Of a DNA stretch of 64,000 nt, positions 55,097 to 64,000 are shown in pieces. The translations under genes and the position numbers were made by a program. The notes under the pieces were generated by a model. The model saw only the letters and a list, made by a program, of their open reading frames with translations. It was not told the origin of the DNA and did not search any database. Numbering within the stretch: position 1 is the stretch's first letter; each line of letters opens with the position of its first letter. This DNA is from a virus: the IMG/VR virus record IMGVR_UViG_3300036801_000174, positions 9,383-73,382 of that record. One strand, written 5' to 3'.

Positions 55097-56049
55097 CGTT
55101 CCTCGAAGACGTCGTCAAGCAGGTCCGCGACTACGACGCCTCGCGGCCCCGCTCGATGCAGCAGCGGGTCGGCTGGTCCGAGGTCGGGGGCTGCCGCTCC
55201 CACCTCGGCTACCGGCTGGCCGGAACGGATCCCACCGACGCCCCGGACACCTGGGGCGCCATCCGGGGCACCGCGATCCACGCCCTGCTGGAGGAGATCA
55301 TCTCCGGGCCGGGCGTGCTGACCGAGGTCGACACCGAGTACCGCGGCATCCCCGGTCACGCCGACCTGGTGCTCACCGACGCCAAGGCGGTCTGGGACTG
55401 GAAGACCTCGAGGCTGGCCAGCATCCGGCTGTGGAAGACCAGCCCGGCCGTGCTGCGCCAGAAGCGCATCCAGGTCCACGGCTACGCCGCCGGGCTGGTT
55501 GACGCGGGCGTCCTCCCGGAGGACTGCACGGTGGGCCTGGTGGCCATCCCGGTCGACGGGACGTTCGCCGACTGGTGGGCGCACGAGGAACTGTTCGACC
55601 GCTCCCTGGCCGACGAGGGCGCGGACCGCCTGGAATGGGTCCGCGAGCGAATGGAGTCCGGCGAGCACCTTCCGAAGGACATGCCGCTGTCGTTCTGCTC
55701 GGCCTGGTGCGAGTTCGCGTCCATCTGCCGCGCAGGTGAGGAGCAGGACGCCGCCGAGGAGATCACCGACCCCGAGCTCGTCTCCGCCATCGGTGCGTAC
55801 GGCGACCTCACGAAGCAGATCAGCGCGCTCTACAAGGAGAAGGACGGTCTCGGCGATGTGATCCGGGGCCTGCGCGGCGTGGCGGGCGAGTGGCGGATCG
55901 GGCTGAGCAAGCCCGGCGAGCCGAAGACCGTGCTCGACGAGGACTGGATCCGGGCTGAGTATGCCGCCCGCGGGGAGCCTGTGCCCGAGACCACGGCGCC
56001 CGGCAATGCCCCACGGCTGAACGTGACCCGGATCCGGGGCAAGTCATGA
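55093..56049 (+). CDS. Cas4/RecB-like PD-(D/E)XK exonuclease
   Basis: SEVGGC, GTAIH, GHAD, DWKT, Q..GY, C..WCEF..IC. Confidence 0.8.
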   Translation: MTFLEDVVKQVRDYDASRPRSMQQRVGWSEVGGCRSHLGYRLAGTDPTDAPDTWGAIRGTAIHALLEEIISGPGVLTEVDTEYRGIPGHADLVLTDAKAVWDWKTSRLASIRLWKTSPAVLRQKRIQVHGYAAGLVDAGVLPEDCTVGLVAIPVDGTFADWWAHEELFDRSLADEGADRLEWVRERMESGEHLPKDMPLSFCSAWCEFASICRAGEEQDAAEEITDPELVSAIGAYGDLTKQISALYKEKDGLGDVIRGLRGVAGEWRIGLSKPGEPKTVLDEDWIRAEYAARGEPVPETTAPGNAPRLNVTRIRGKS

Positions 56050-56405
56050 GCGCGCCCCCGGACCTCGCGCGGATCGCCGACCGCCTCGGCGCGCTCTCCC
56101 GCGACCTGGACAAGCAGACCGACGACGCCGAACAGCTCGACCGCGCCGCCGTGGAGCTCCAGCACGACTACCTGATCGCCTACGCACGGGCCTTCCTGTC
56201 CGCCGAGGGTGCCATGGACGTGCGCAAGCAGAAGGCCGTTCTTGAGACCGCGCAGAAGCGCCTCGACGCCGAGATCGCCGAGGCCAAGCTGCGGGCGTGC
56301 AAGTCCCGGATCTCGACCATCAAGGTCCAGATCGATACCGGCCGCTCCCTCGGTGCTGCTGTGCGCGCCGAGGTGTCGCTGGCCGGGAACGGGATGCAGC
56401 CATGA
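56046..56405 (+). CDS. Coiled-coil phage protein
   Basis: Helical, coupled. Confidence 0.6.
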   Translation: MSAPPDLARIADRLGALSRDLDKQTDDAEQLDRAAVELQHDYLIAYARAFLSAEGAMDVRKQKAVLETAQKRLDAEIAEAKLRACKSRISTIKVQIDTGRSLGAAVRAEVSLAGNGMQP

Positions 56406-56884
56406 GCCTCACCAGACGCGCGCCAATGACCAGGACCGCGTGGATCCGCACCAGGTCACCGAGGCCGAAGCCGCGCCACCGCAAGGACGCCGGGTTCAGC
56501 CGCGAAGTGAAACTGGCCGTGCGGACCCGAGCCGGGAACGGTGACCCGGACAATGCCCGCTGCGAGGCAACCGGCGTGTGGCTCGGCCGTCACGGCGGAG
56601 AGGTGCAGCACCGCGCGGCACGCCTCAGTGGGGGACGTGGCGCCAAGGCTCCCTGGTGGTTCCACACGCCAGCGAACGCCGCGCTGCTGTCCTGCGAAGC
56701 CCACCGGCTCGCTGAGTCGCGCGACCGGGAGATGGGGCCGGACGGTCAGGGCTTCTGGCTCAGGAGCACGCAGGACGCCTCGGCCGAGCCAATCATGCTG
56801 CACGACGAAGGCGGCGGGACGACCGTCTGGCTCGGCGCGGACGGGACCTACTGGCTGAGCCCGCCGGAGCGGGGTGCTGCATGA
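56402..56884 (+). CDS. Degenerate HNH-like protein
   Basis: RCE..VQHR..R.SGG..PANA.LL...H. Confidence 0.55.
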   Translation: MSLTRRAPMTRTAWIRTRSPRPKPRHRKDAGFSREVKLAVRTRAGNGDPDNARCEATGVWLGRHGGEVQHRAARLSGGRGAKAPWWFHTPANAALLSCEAHRLAESRDREMGPDGQGFWLRSTQDASAEPIMLHDEGGGTTVWLGADGTYWLSPPERGAA

Positions 56885-57765
56885 CCACCGTCATCCCCGT
56901 CGTCTGCGCTCTCCTCGCTGCGGCCGGCCTCGGCCTGTACTTCGGCACGGCGGAGCGCAGGGCGCGCGCCAGGAGCGTCCTGAGGGCGTTCTGGGCCACG
57001 CTCGTGACCCGCTCTGACCCTGGCCAGCGTTACGCCGGGCGCACGGAGGAACCTGCCGAGGAACGGTCGTACGACGCCGCGTGCGACGAACTCGCCGAGG
57101 ACAACCGGCGCCGGTTCGACATCAGCGAAGAGGACGTGTTCCGCCGCTTCGGCGACATGGTGCTCAGGGAGTGGCCCCGGCGCCCGCACCGGTACGGGAG
57201 GCAGCGCGATGGCCAGGCGTGAGGCCGTGAGGGCTGTCACCGGCCGTGCCCGTGACCTGCTCGCCGACGCCGAGCACCGCCTCGCCACCATCGCCGACCC
57301 CGGCCTCGCCATGAGAACCCTCACACCCGAAGGCGCGTCAGTGCAGGCCCAGCTCGCCCTGCAGGACATCCGTGACGTGCTGGCGATCCGCCGGGGCCCC
57401 AAGACACCCCGTGCCGGGGCCATGGCCCTGTACCGGGCCCGGCTGCGGGTGCGGGAAGGCGGGGACCTGACGCCAGCGATGTGGGAAGCGCTCGAGGCGG
57501 CCGGGGAACTGGAGGAGGCGGGATGAGCGCGCTCGACTGGACCCCGGTCCTTCCCTGGGACCGCGCCTCCGAGCCCAGGCCCATGACGTGGCCAGTGGCA
57601 ACGGACTGGCATCACGCCGTGGCCGCCCGTCCCCGGCGCAACGGCTACCCGGCTGTGCGCCCCTACCGCTGGCGCCAGGGCGAGGAACTGCGGGAGCGGG
57701 AGATCGCTGACCGCCTCGCTGCCATCCGTGAGCAGCTGGCCGGAGCGGAGGCGGACAGTGCCTAG
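56881..57765 (+). CDS. Three small hypothetical genes (56881-57222, 57209-57526, 57523-57765)
   Basis: Coupled ORFs. Confidence 0.5.
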
Positions 57766-58597
57766 CCGCCGGCTGATCTCAACCCGGACCGTCAGCACGG
57801 CCAATGGGGCGCCGGAGGGCCCTGGCTACGTCTACCGGGGCACCGGGCGTGACGCCGTGCCGCCGGCTGCGGTCACGGCACGCTCCCGCCGCGATGAGGC
57901 CAAGCAGCGCACCGGGGCAGCCATCCGCGCAGCCCGGCTTGCCAGGGGGCTGAGCCAGCACGACACCGCGCACGCAGCCGGGATCACGGCCGGTTACCTG
58001 TCAGCGATAGAGAACGGGCACGACATGCCCGCCGCGGACAAGCTGGCCGCTCTCGCCGCTGTCCTTGGCGTGACCCCTGAAGACCTCACCAAGCCCGGCA
58101 CCAGTGTCCCCGCTGGTGCCGTGGAGGCACCGCCCTCCCCCCGTAGGGCAGGTGCCACCCGCCCCGTCGCAGCGGTCCCGAGCCCTTCCGCTGCGACGGG
58201 GCCCAAGACTCCGGGGCCGTCCGCAGGAGAGAAGCTCGCGGGCGGTCCTGGTACCAACCCTGTCGCCGCCGCCATGAGCGAAGACGAACTCGAGGGTGGC
58301 GTCCGCCGAATCCTGCGGGACCTGCCCCAGGTGCTCGGTTACCACGCGCACGACTCGCGCCGGTCTGGTGCAGGTTTTCCGGATTGGTGCTTCTGCGGAC
58401 CTGGCGGCGTTCTGTTCCGGGAACTGAAGCGCCAGGGGAAGAAGCCGACACCAGCGCAGGACGAGTGGCTGTGCGCCCTCACTGACGCTGGACAGGACGC
58501 CGGAGTGTGGCGGCCGGATTCCCTCCTGGACGGAACCATCGCGCTCGAACTCGCGGCCATTGCCGGAGTGGTGCGGCCACCTCGAGGTGCGGCATGA
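57758..58597 (+). CDS. XRE-HTH fused to VRR-NUC (resolvase-like) nuclease
   Basis: IRAARLARGLSQ..YLSAIENG; DSRRS..GFPD...FRELK..GK..PTPAQ.EW. Confidence 0.75.
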   Translation: MPSRRLISTRTVSTANGAPEGPGYVYRGTGRDAVPPAAVTARSRRDEAKQRTGAAIRAARLARGLSQHDTAHAAGITAGYLSAIENGHDMPAADKLAALAAVLGVTPEDLTKPGTSVPAGAVEAPPSPRRAGATRPVAAVPSPSAATGPKTPGPSAGEKLAGGPGTNPVAAAMSEDELEGGVRRILRDLPQVLGYHAHDSRRSGAGFPDWCFCGPGGVLFRELKRQGKKPTPAQDEWLCALTDAGQDAGVWRPDSLLDGTIALELAAIAGVVRPPRGAA

Positions 58598-59214
58598 GCC
58601 GCCAGCCGAGGCTTCTGGACCTGTTTTCAGGGGCCGGAGGAGCCACCCGCGGTTACCAACTGGCCGGGTTCCACGTCACGGGCGTCGACCTCGAGCCGCA
58701 GCCCCGCTACTGCGGCGACGAGTTCCACCAGGCCGACGCCATGACCTTCCCGCTCGAGGGCTACGACGCGATACACGCCAGCCCGCCCTGCCAGGTGTTC
58801 TCCGTCGCCACCCAGCACGCCCGCGGGAACCACGAGGACCTGCTCACCCCGATCCGCGAGCGCCTCCTGGCCCAGGCGGCGCCGTGGGTCATCGAGAACG
58901 TGCCAGGTGCTCCGATGCGCGCCGACTACAAACTCTGCGGATGCATGTTCGGGCTCGGCAGGCTCCGCCGTGAGCGCTGGTTCGAGACCTCGTGGCACGG
59001 GTTCGACATGCGTCCCGCCTGCCACCATCCGGAGCCGGCGATCACGGTCACGACCAAGGGCCAGCCGAACCGGACCGGCTACGCCCAGGAGGCCATCGAG
59101 GCCATGCGCATCGACTGGATGACCATGCGCGAGCGCGGCCTGGCCATCCCGCCTGCCTATACGGAGTACGTCGGCTCCCGCCTGCTCGAGCACATCCGGG
59201 AGGTGGCCGCGTGA
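58594..59214 (+). CDS. Short C5 cytosine DNA methyltransferase
   Basis: LDLFSGAGG, SPPCQ, ENV, R.R.F motifs; 206 aa. Confidence 0.85.
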   Translation: MSRQPRLLDLFSGAGGATRGYQLAGFHVTGVDLEPQPRYCGDEFHQADAMTFPLEGYDAIHASPPCQVFSVATQHARGNHEDLLTPIRERLLAQAAPWVIENVPGAPMRADYKLCGCMFGLGRLRRERWFETSWHGFDMRPACHHPEPAITVTTKGQPNRTGYAQEAIEAMRIDWMTMRERGLAIPPAYTEYVGSRLLEHIREVAA

Positions 59215-59459
59215 ACCCGGGCTGGCGGTACCGCGCCGCCTGCCGTGGAATGCCGGTCCCCGATCCGCACGACGACCCGTTCTTCCCGGCCGACCGCGGT
59301 CTTGACCCCCGGGCGAAGGCTGCCTGCCTTGCCTGCACCGTCACGTCGGAGTGCGAGGAGACCCGGGAGGCTACCGGATCGACCGGGACATGGGCGGGAG
59401 TTGGGGAGACGGAAAGGGAGTCAGCGAAGAGGCGGCAGCGGAGGGGGGTGGTGCGGTGA
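59211..59459 (+). CDS. WhiB-family regulator
   Basis: WRYRAACRG..FFP..AKAACLACTV..EC..GTWAG. Confidence 0.8.
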   Translation: MNPGWRYRAACRGMPVPDPHDDPFFPADRGLDPRAKAACLACTVTSECEETREATGSTGTWAGVGETERESAKRRQRRGVVR

Positions 59460-59461
59460 GG

Positions 59462-59665
59462 TCAGGAGCCGGAGCGCTTCTTCCGCTCGTCGCGGATGAG
59501 CTTGGCCACGTAGTCATAGGTGTAGACGTAGCCGATCGCCCTCGCAATGGCGGCCGGCTTCTCGCCTTTGTCAGCGGCGGCGAGGATCGCGGCCTTGAGC
59601 AGATCCGGGGCCTGCCGATACACCTCGGCGACAGCCTCCAGCGCTTTGCGGGTCTCCTCATCCAC
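59462..59665 (-). CDS. Small HTH regulator
   Basis: AILAAADKGEKPAAIARAIGY.YT.DYVAKL; resembles 41942-42139. Confidence 0.6.
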   Translation of the reverse strand: MDEETRKALEAVAEVYRQAPDLLKAAILAAADKGEKPAAIARAIGYVYTYDYVAKLIRDERKKRSGS

Positions 59666-59886
59666 GCCCGCAAGTGTCGCATGTTCCATGACTACGGTCA
59701 CGAACACAGTGTACATCATGAGCGCGTGGTCTGATACAGTGGTTTGAGTTCGTGAACACAGACCAAGAGTTATTCGGCCAGCAAGGACATCAGACGGTGG
59801 GGATCAGTGGCGATCAGCGTCAGCGGGCCAGGGCGGGACTATCCGCTCTCGCTGCCTGCTGTGCGCCTCTCGGGCTGGACGCGGTA

Positions 59887-60771
59887 ATGGGCGTCAGGCT
59901 CGTGACCGAGGTACTCGACCGCTACCACGGCCCCGACGCGCGGAAGCTGTGGCTGCTGGCCTGGGCTGAGAAGGCCAACGACCACACACGCACCGGCTGG
60001 CCGACGCGCCAGGTTCTCGCGCACCGCACCGGCCGCTCTCCGAGCCGGGTGTCGCACATCTCCGATGAACTGGTGGCCGAGGGCGTCCTCAAGCGTGACG
60101 GCGGCGGCAACCGGAGCGGCCCCGCCAGGTTCATCCTGCTGCCGCTTGCCAACCCCGGAAAGGGTGCGCCCGGTGCGCACTCTTTCGACAGCGCTAAGGG
60201 TGCGGGATCAGCGCACCCTGACGATGACTCAATGGGTGCGCCCAGCACGCACTCTTTCCCGGGCCCAATGGGTGCGCCCAGTGCGCACCCTAAACCCGAG
60301 GTAAAGGGTGCGGATCCAGCGAGAAAGGGTGCGGAATCCCGGGGAAAGGGTGCGGAGCCGAGCCTCCTACCTGCGGAAACAAGCCCGCTACCCCTCATAG
60401 AACCCTCACAACTACAACCCTCATCTCCTGTCGCCGCTGACGCGCCGACAGCGCAGACGATTCTCGCCAGCTTCATCGACTGGGTACGCGAGCAGGACGG
60501 CGAACTCACGCGCCGCACCATCGGCCAGCTCGCCAGCCAGGTCGGCGACCTGGTGGAGCAGAAGATTCCCGATCGCTTCATCCGCAAGGGCCTCGCCGAC
60601 TGGTACGCGTCCGGCCACAACCCGGCCACGTTCGACAGCTACGCCAACGCAGCACGCAACGCCGCCGCCCGACAGCGGGCAGCGGCACAGAACGGCAGCC
60701 GGCCCCCACGCGGCGGCGCATCCGACAATCTCGCCGGCGAGGTCTACGGCCAAGGGAGAACCCGCATATGA
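59887..60771 (+). CDS. Lambda O-like replication initiator
   Basis: GWPTRQVLAHRTG HTH, internal iterons, followed by loader and helicase. Confidence 0.8.
   Translation: MGVRLVTEVLDRYHGPDARKLWLLAWAEKANDHTRTGWPTRQVLAHRTGRSPSRVSHISDELVAEGVLKRDGGGNRSGPARFILLPLANPGKGAPGAHSFDSAKGAGSAHPDDDSMGAPSTHSFPGPMGAPSAHPKPEVKGADPARKGAESRGKGAEPSLLPAETSPLPLIEPSQLQPSSPVAADAPTAQTILASFIDWVREQDGELTRRTIGQLASQVGDLVEQKIPDRFIRKGLADWYASGHNPATFDSYANAARNAAARQRAAAQNGSRPPRGGASDNLAGEVYGQGRTRI
60159..60357. repeat. Iterons within initiator gene (origin)
   Basis: Seven GGGTGCG copies, the first four paired with CGCAC(C/T)C as palindromes. Confidence 0.75.
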
Positions 60772-61334
60772 CCACCACGCCCGAAGCCGCTGCGCTGTGG
60801 CTCGTCGAAAGGCGCGAGCGCCTGGTCGGCAACCTGCTGGCCCAGCGCCCCGCCGCCTTCGATGAGCCCGGTGAACTCGACGCCAGCCTCGAGGCATGGG
60901 CCCGGAACCTCGCGGCCGGCCAGCCGAGGAACCTGATCCTCACCGGCCCGGTCGGCACCGGCAAAACCTGGTCCGTCTGGCACGCCGCCGAGGTCGCCGT
61001 CCGCGACGGCTACGAGGGCCTGGTCGCCATCGTCCCCGCCGCGAAGTTCCGCCGCATCGTCGCCCCGTCCACCGCCGACCCGGCGCAGTTCGAGCGCATC
61101 ACCGCCGCCGGGCTGCTGGTGCTCGACGACCTCGGCGCGATCCGGCTGTCGGAGTGGGACCTGGACCACCTCGCCGAGGTGGCCGACAACCGCTGGTCGG
61201 CACGCCTGCCCACGGTCATCACTTCCAACGTCACGGACATCCGGGGCCTGCTCGGCCCGCGGATCTCCAGCCGTCTCGCCGACAAGGCGCTCGTGGTTGA
61301 GCTCGACGGCCAGGACCGGCGGAGGCAGTCATGA
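60768..61334 (+). CDS. DnaC/IstB-like helicase loader ATPase
   Basis: GPVGTGKT, LVLDDLG, ITSN, RISSRL. Confidence 0.85.
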   Translation: MTTTPEAAALWLVERRERLVGNLLAQRPAAFDEPGELDASLEAWARNLAAGQPRNLILTGPVGTGKTWSVWHAAEVAVRDGYEGLVAIVPAAKFRRIVAPSTADPAQFERITAAGLLVLDDLGAIRLSEWDLDHLAEVADNRWSARLPTVITSNVTDIRGLLGPRISSRLADKALVVELDGQDRRRQS

Positions 61335-62719
61335 GCATCACCGCTGCCGCACACGTCCCGGCAGGCCCGGGCCGGACACAGGACGTGCTCGCCGCCGAGA
61401 TGGCCGTGCTCGGCTCGGCCATCGGCCACCGCCCCGTCGCCGAGGCCGTGATCGAGCTGCTGCCGTCTGACGACTGCTTCACGAGTTCGGTTCACCAGGC
61501 GGTGTACGCGGCGATCCGCTACCTCGCCGAGGCGGGGGAGCCGGTTGACGCGCCGAAGATCCTGGCCCGGCTGATCGCCGCCGAGCAGGGCGTGTGGAAG
61601 ACCGGGCAGTCTGGCGTCATCCTCGCCGAGATCGCCGAGCGCTCTACCCCGGACTGGGAAGTCCACGCCCGCGCGGTGCGGAAGGCGGCCGTCCGCCGCC
61701 GCGGGCTGCTCGCCCTGGACCGGGGCGCGCAGATGCTCGCCGAGGCCGAAGACGACGACCTTGACGCCGCGGCCGAGCGGATCCGGTGCCTGCTCGACGA
61801 GGCGCTCGACCCTGGCGCGACCGGGGCCGGGCTGGCGTCTGCGGCGGACCTGTTCCTGCCAGCGCTGGAGCGGATCCAGGCCGGCCGCGCACCCGGCGTT
61901 GTCCAGTTCCCGTGGGCGGACCTGCAGTCCCTGATCCCGTACCTGCGCCCGGGCCAGCTTGTGACTGTTGCCGCGCGCCCGTCCCTTGGCAAAAGCCTCC
62001 TGGGCGCGGACCTGGCCCGCCACGTCGCGATCAGGGACCGGCACCGGCTGATCTTGTTCACGATGGAGATGGACCGCGACGAGGTGATGGACCGTCTCCT
62101 CGCTGCCGAGTCCGATGTCCCGCTGAAGGTCATCACCGACAGCAGTCTCGGCGAGGAGCACTGGGAGATGCTCACCGGCATCACCGCCCGGTTCCTCGAG
62201 AGCAAGCTCGTTATCGACGACACCCCGCGTGTCAGCCTCGCTCACATCCGGGCCCGGCTGCGCGGCATGGCCCGCACCGAACCCGCCCAGCTGGTGATCG
62301 TCGACTACCTGCAGCTGATGGAAGGCGCGGGCGGCGAGAACCGGCAGCGCGAGGTCGCCGCCCTCGTCGGCGGCCTCAAGGCCATCGCCCGCGAGTTCCG
62401 CATCCCCGTCGTCATGCTGTGCCAACTGAACCGCGGGCCGGAGTCGCGTCACGACAAGCGCCCGTACCTGTCGGACGCCCGCGAGTCCGGGGCCGTGGAG
62501 AACGACTCGGACGTGGCGATCCTGATTCACCGCGAGGACCACTACGACGCCCAGTCACCGCGCGCCGGTGAAGCGGACCTGATCGTCGACAAGAACCGCA
62601 ACGGCCCGCGGGCCACGGTGACGGTCGGCTTCCAGGGCCACTACGCCCGCTTCGTCGACCTTTCAAGACTGCCGCCGCCCGCCCACTGGAGCCCGTCATC
62701 AGCACTGGGGGAGAAATGA
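61331..62719 (+). CDS. dnaB: Replicative DNA helicase
   Basis: AARPSLGKS, IVDYLQLM, QLNR, RESGAVENDSD, KNRNG. Confidence 0.95.
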   Translation: MSITAAAHVPAGPGRTQDVLAAEMAVLGSAIGHRPVAEAVIELLPSDDCFTSSVHQAVYAAIRYLAEAGEPVDAPKILARLIAAEQGVWKTGQSGVILAEIAERSTPDWEVHARAVRKAAVRRRGLLALDRGAQMLAEAEDDDLDAAAERIRCLLDEALDPGATGAGLASAADLFLPALERIQAGRAPGVVQFPWADLQSLIPYLRPGQLVTVAARPSLGKSLLGADLARHVAIRDRHRLILFTMEMDRDEVMDRLLAAESDVPLKVITDSSLGEEHWEMLTGITARFLESKLVIDDTPRVSLAHIRARLRGMARTEPAQLVIVDYLQLMEGAGGENRQREVAALVGGLKAIAREFRIPVVMLCQLNRGPESRHDKRPYLSDARESGAVENDSDVAILIHREDHYDAQSPRAGEADLIVDKNRNGPRATVTVGFQGHYARFVDLSRLPPPAHWSPSSALGEK

Positions 62720-63528
62720 CAACCATCGAAGCCATTGAGACGAGTTACGCGGGCTACCGCTTCCGCTCACGCACCGAGGCGCGCTGGGCAGTGTTCCTTA
62801 AGCACGTCGGGATCGACTTCAAGTACGAGCCGCAGGGCTACGTGCTGGACGGCGAGCCCTACCTGCCGGACTTCCTGATCCACCCGGGAACACCGCTGGA
62901 AACCTGGCTGGAGATCAAGGGCACGTATCCGTCCCGGGGCGAGATTGCGAAAGCAGTCAAACTCGCCGAGGGGACGGGTATCAGAACCTACCTCTACTTC
63001 GGCGACGTCGTGTTGCCCGGTGCGGGGCTGTCGGAGCGCATCACGACTTGGGATGCCTTCTTCGCGGAGTGGGGCTTTGCCCCGCAGTGGCACAACGAGC
63101 ACGGCTGGATCCTCAACGGCACTGAGGCTTTCAGGTGGGAGGCTGACCTCCGGCCAACTGCCTTCAGGTTCGACCCAGACGACAGCCCTGGCGCGGTCAA
63201 GAGCCGCAGGGAGCCTAAGTCGGGGTTCTGGTGGTGGACAGATTGCCCCGTGTGCGGCCGGGTCGTCCTCAAGCACCACGGCATGGTCGGCTGGTGCCCG
63301 ACGATCCCCGACTGGGATGGCCATGACCTGCCGGCCGGCGTCAGCCCTGTGCCTCAGATGGCTCATGAGACGGACAGTCTCCTCGCCGCCTATACCGCAG
63401 CACGCTCAGCCCGGTTTGAGCATGGCGAGACTCCTGCCGAACCCCGGGCTTCCCGCGACCCCAAGCCCATCGCCGCAGACCTCAAGGGGCATGCCGCGCG
63501 ACGCCGGAGCGGAGGGAAGCGCACATGA
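62716..63528 (+). CDS. PD-(D/E)XK nuclease-like protein
   Basis: YAGYRFRSRTEARWA..YEP..YLPDF..EIKG...AARSARFEHG. Confidence 0.75.
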   Translation: MTTIEAIETSYAGYRFRSRTEARWAVFLKHVGIDFKYEPQGYVLDGEPYLPDFLIHPGTPLETWLEIKGTYPSRGEIAKAVKLAEGTGIRTYLYFGDVVLPGAGLSERITTWDAFFAEWGFAPQWHNEHGWILNGTEAFRWEADLRPTAFRFDPDDSPGAVKSRREPKSGFWWWTDCPVCGRVVLKHHGMVGWCPTIPDWDGHDLPAGVSPVPQMAHETDSLLAAYTAARSARFEHGETPAEPRASRDPKPIAADLKGHAARRRSGGKRT

Positions 63529-63622
63529 GCGCCTACCCGGCATCCGACCTGCGCTCCCGTACCCCAGTCTCCCAGCACCGAGGAGAAGTGGCTTAACCAT
63601 GATCACCGAGGAAGGAACGACG

Positions 63623-63862
63623 ATGAGTTACCCCAACGGCCAGACCATGACCGACCGCGCAGCTGCACACCAGCGCGAGCAGACCAGAACCCGGTTCACC
63701 GAAGTAGCCGGAGAACTCTGCGAGGCCAAGGGCGCCGCCGAACTGCTGCACGAGCGCGGCCTGCTGGACAGCGGCCTGTTCCTGGAGTCGCTCCGCGCAT
63801 TTGACGGCATGGTCCGCGTGCTCGACGACCTGATCAAGGCTGTGGACGATGAGCGAGTCTGA
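63623..63862 (+). CDS. Hypothetical protein
   Basis: GGAAGG RBS; MSYPNGQ... Confidence 0.55.
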   Translation: MSYPNGQTMTDRAAAHQREQTRTRFTEVAGELCEAKGAAELLHERGLLDSGLFLESLRAFDGMVRVLDDLIKAVDDERV

Positions 63863-64000
63863 CCCCGGCGACTTCAGGCGTGAGCCGGAACTGCCCCTGG
63901 GACTGCCGGGTGAAGCCGAAGCACGGCCGCCTTGCGACACGCCCGTCTTCCCTCCCGGCGAGGACAGCCACCACTGCGGCACCAGGTCCCGGTTCCGCAT

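Noticed and set aside
1-64000. Integrase/att site, tRNA, rRNA, reverse transcriptase/DGR
   Set aside because: None recognised by eye; a covariance-model or HMM search could still find short RNAs I missed

Overview
High-GC actinobacterial temperate siphophage-like genome segment (phage, prophage or phage-plasmid; no integrase, rRNA, tRNA or CRISPR array recognised in the window). 1-20.8 kb (minus strand) is the virion module: tape measure, tail, head, capsid, protease, a portal-2H phosphoesterase-MuF fusion, a frameshifted TerL and TerS. Counter-oriented leaderless genes and endonucleases interrupt it. 25-39.6 kb is a plasmid/AICE-type transfer module: DUF2637/Spd-like protein, FtsK/TraB-like translocase, VirD4-like coupling protein, WhiB, TnpB and a divergent GntR-XRE-Nudix cluster. 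Six proteins in this module end in a shared (G/A)R(S/T)R C-terminal motif. 40-49 kb is an accessory region with a second rep+iteron locus, a small secreted peptide, an orphan FxSxx-COOH RiPP-like precursor and an Acb2/Tad1-like protein. 49.5-64 kb (plus strand) holds the repressor/cro switch, recombination genes, a C5-methylase, an O-like initiator with iterons, a DnaC-like loader and DnaB. All family calls come from motif recognition by eye, not database searches.
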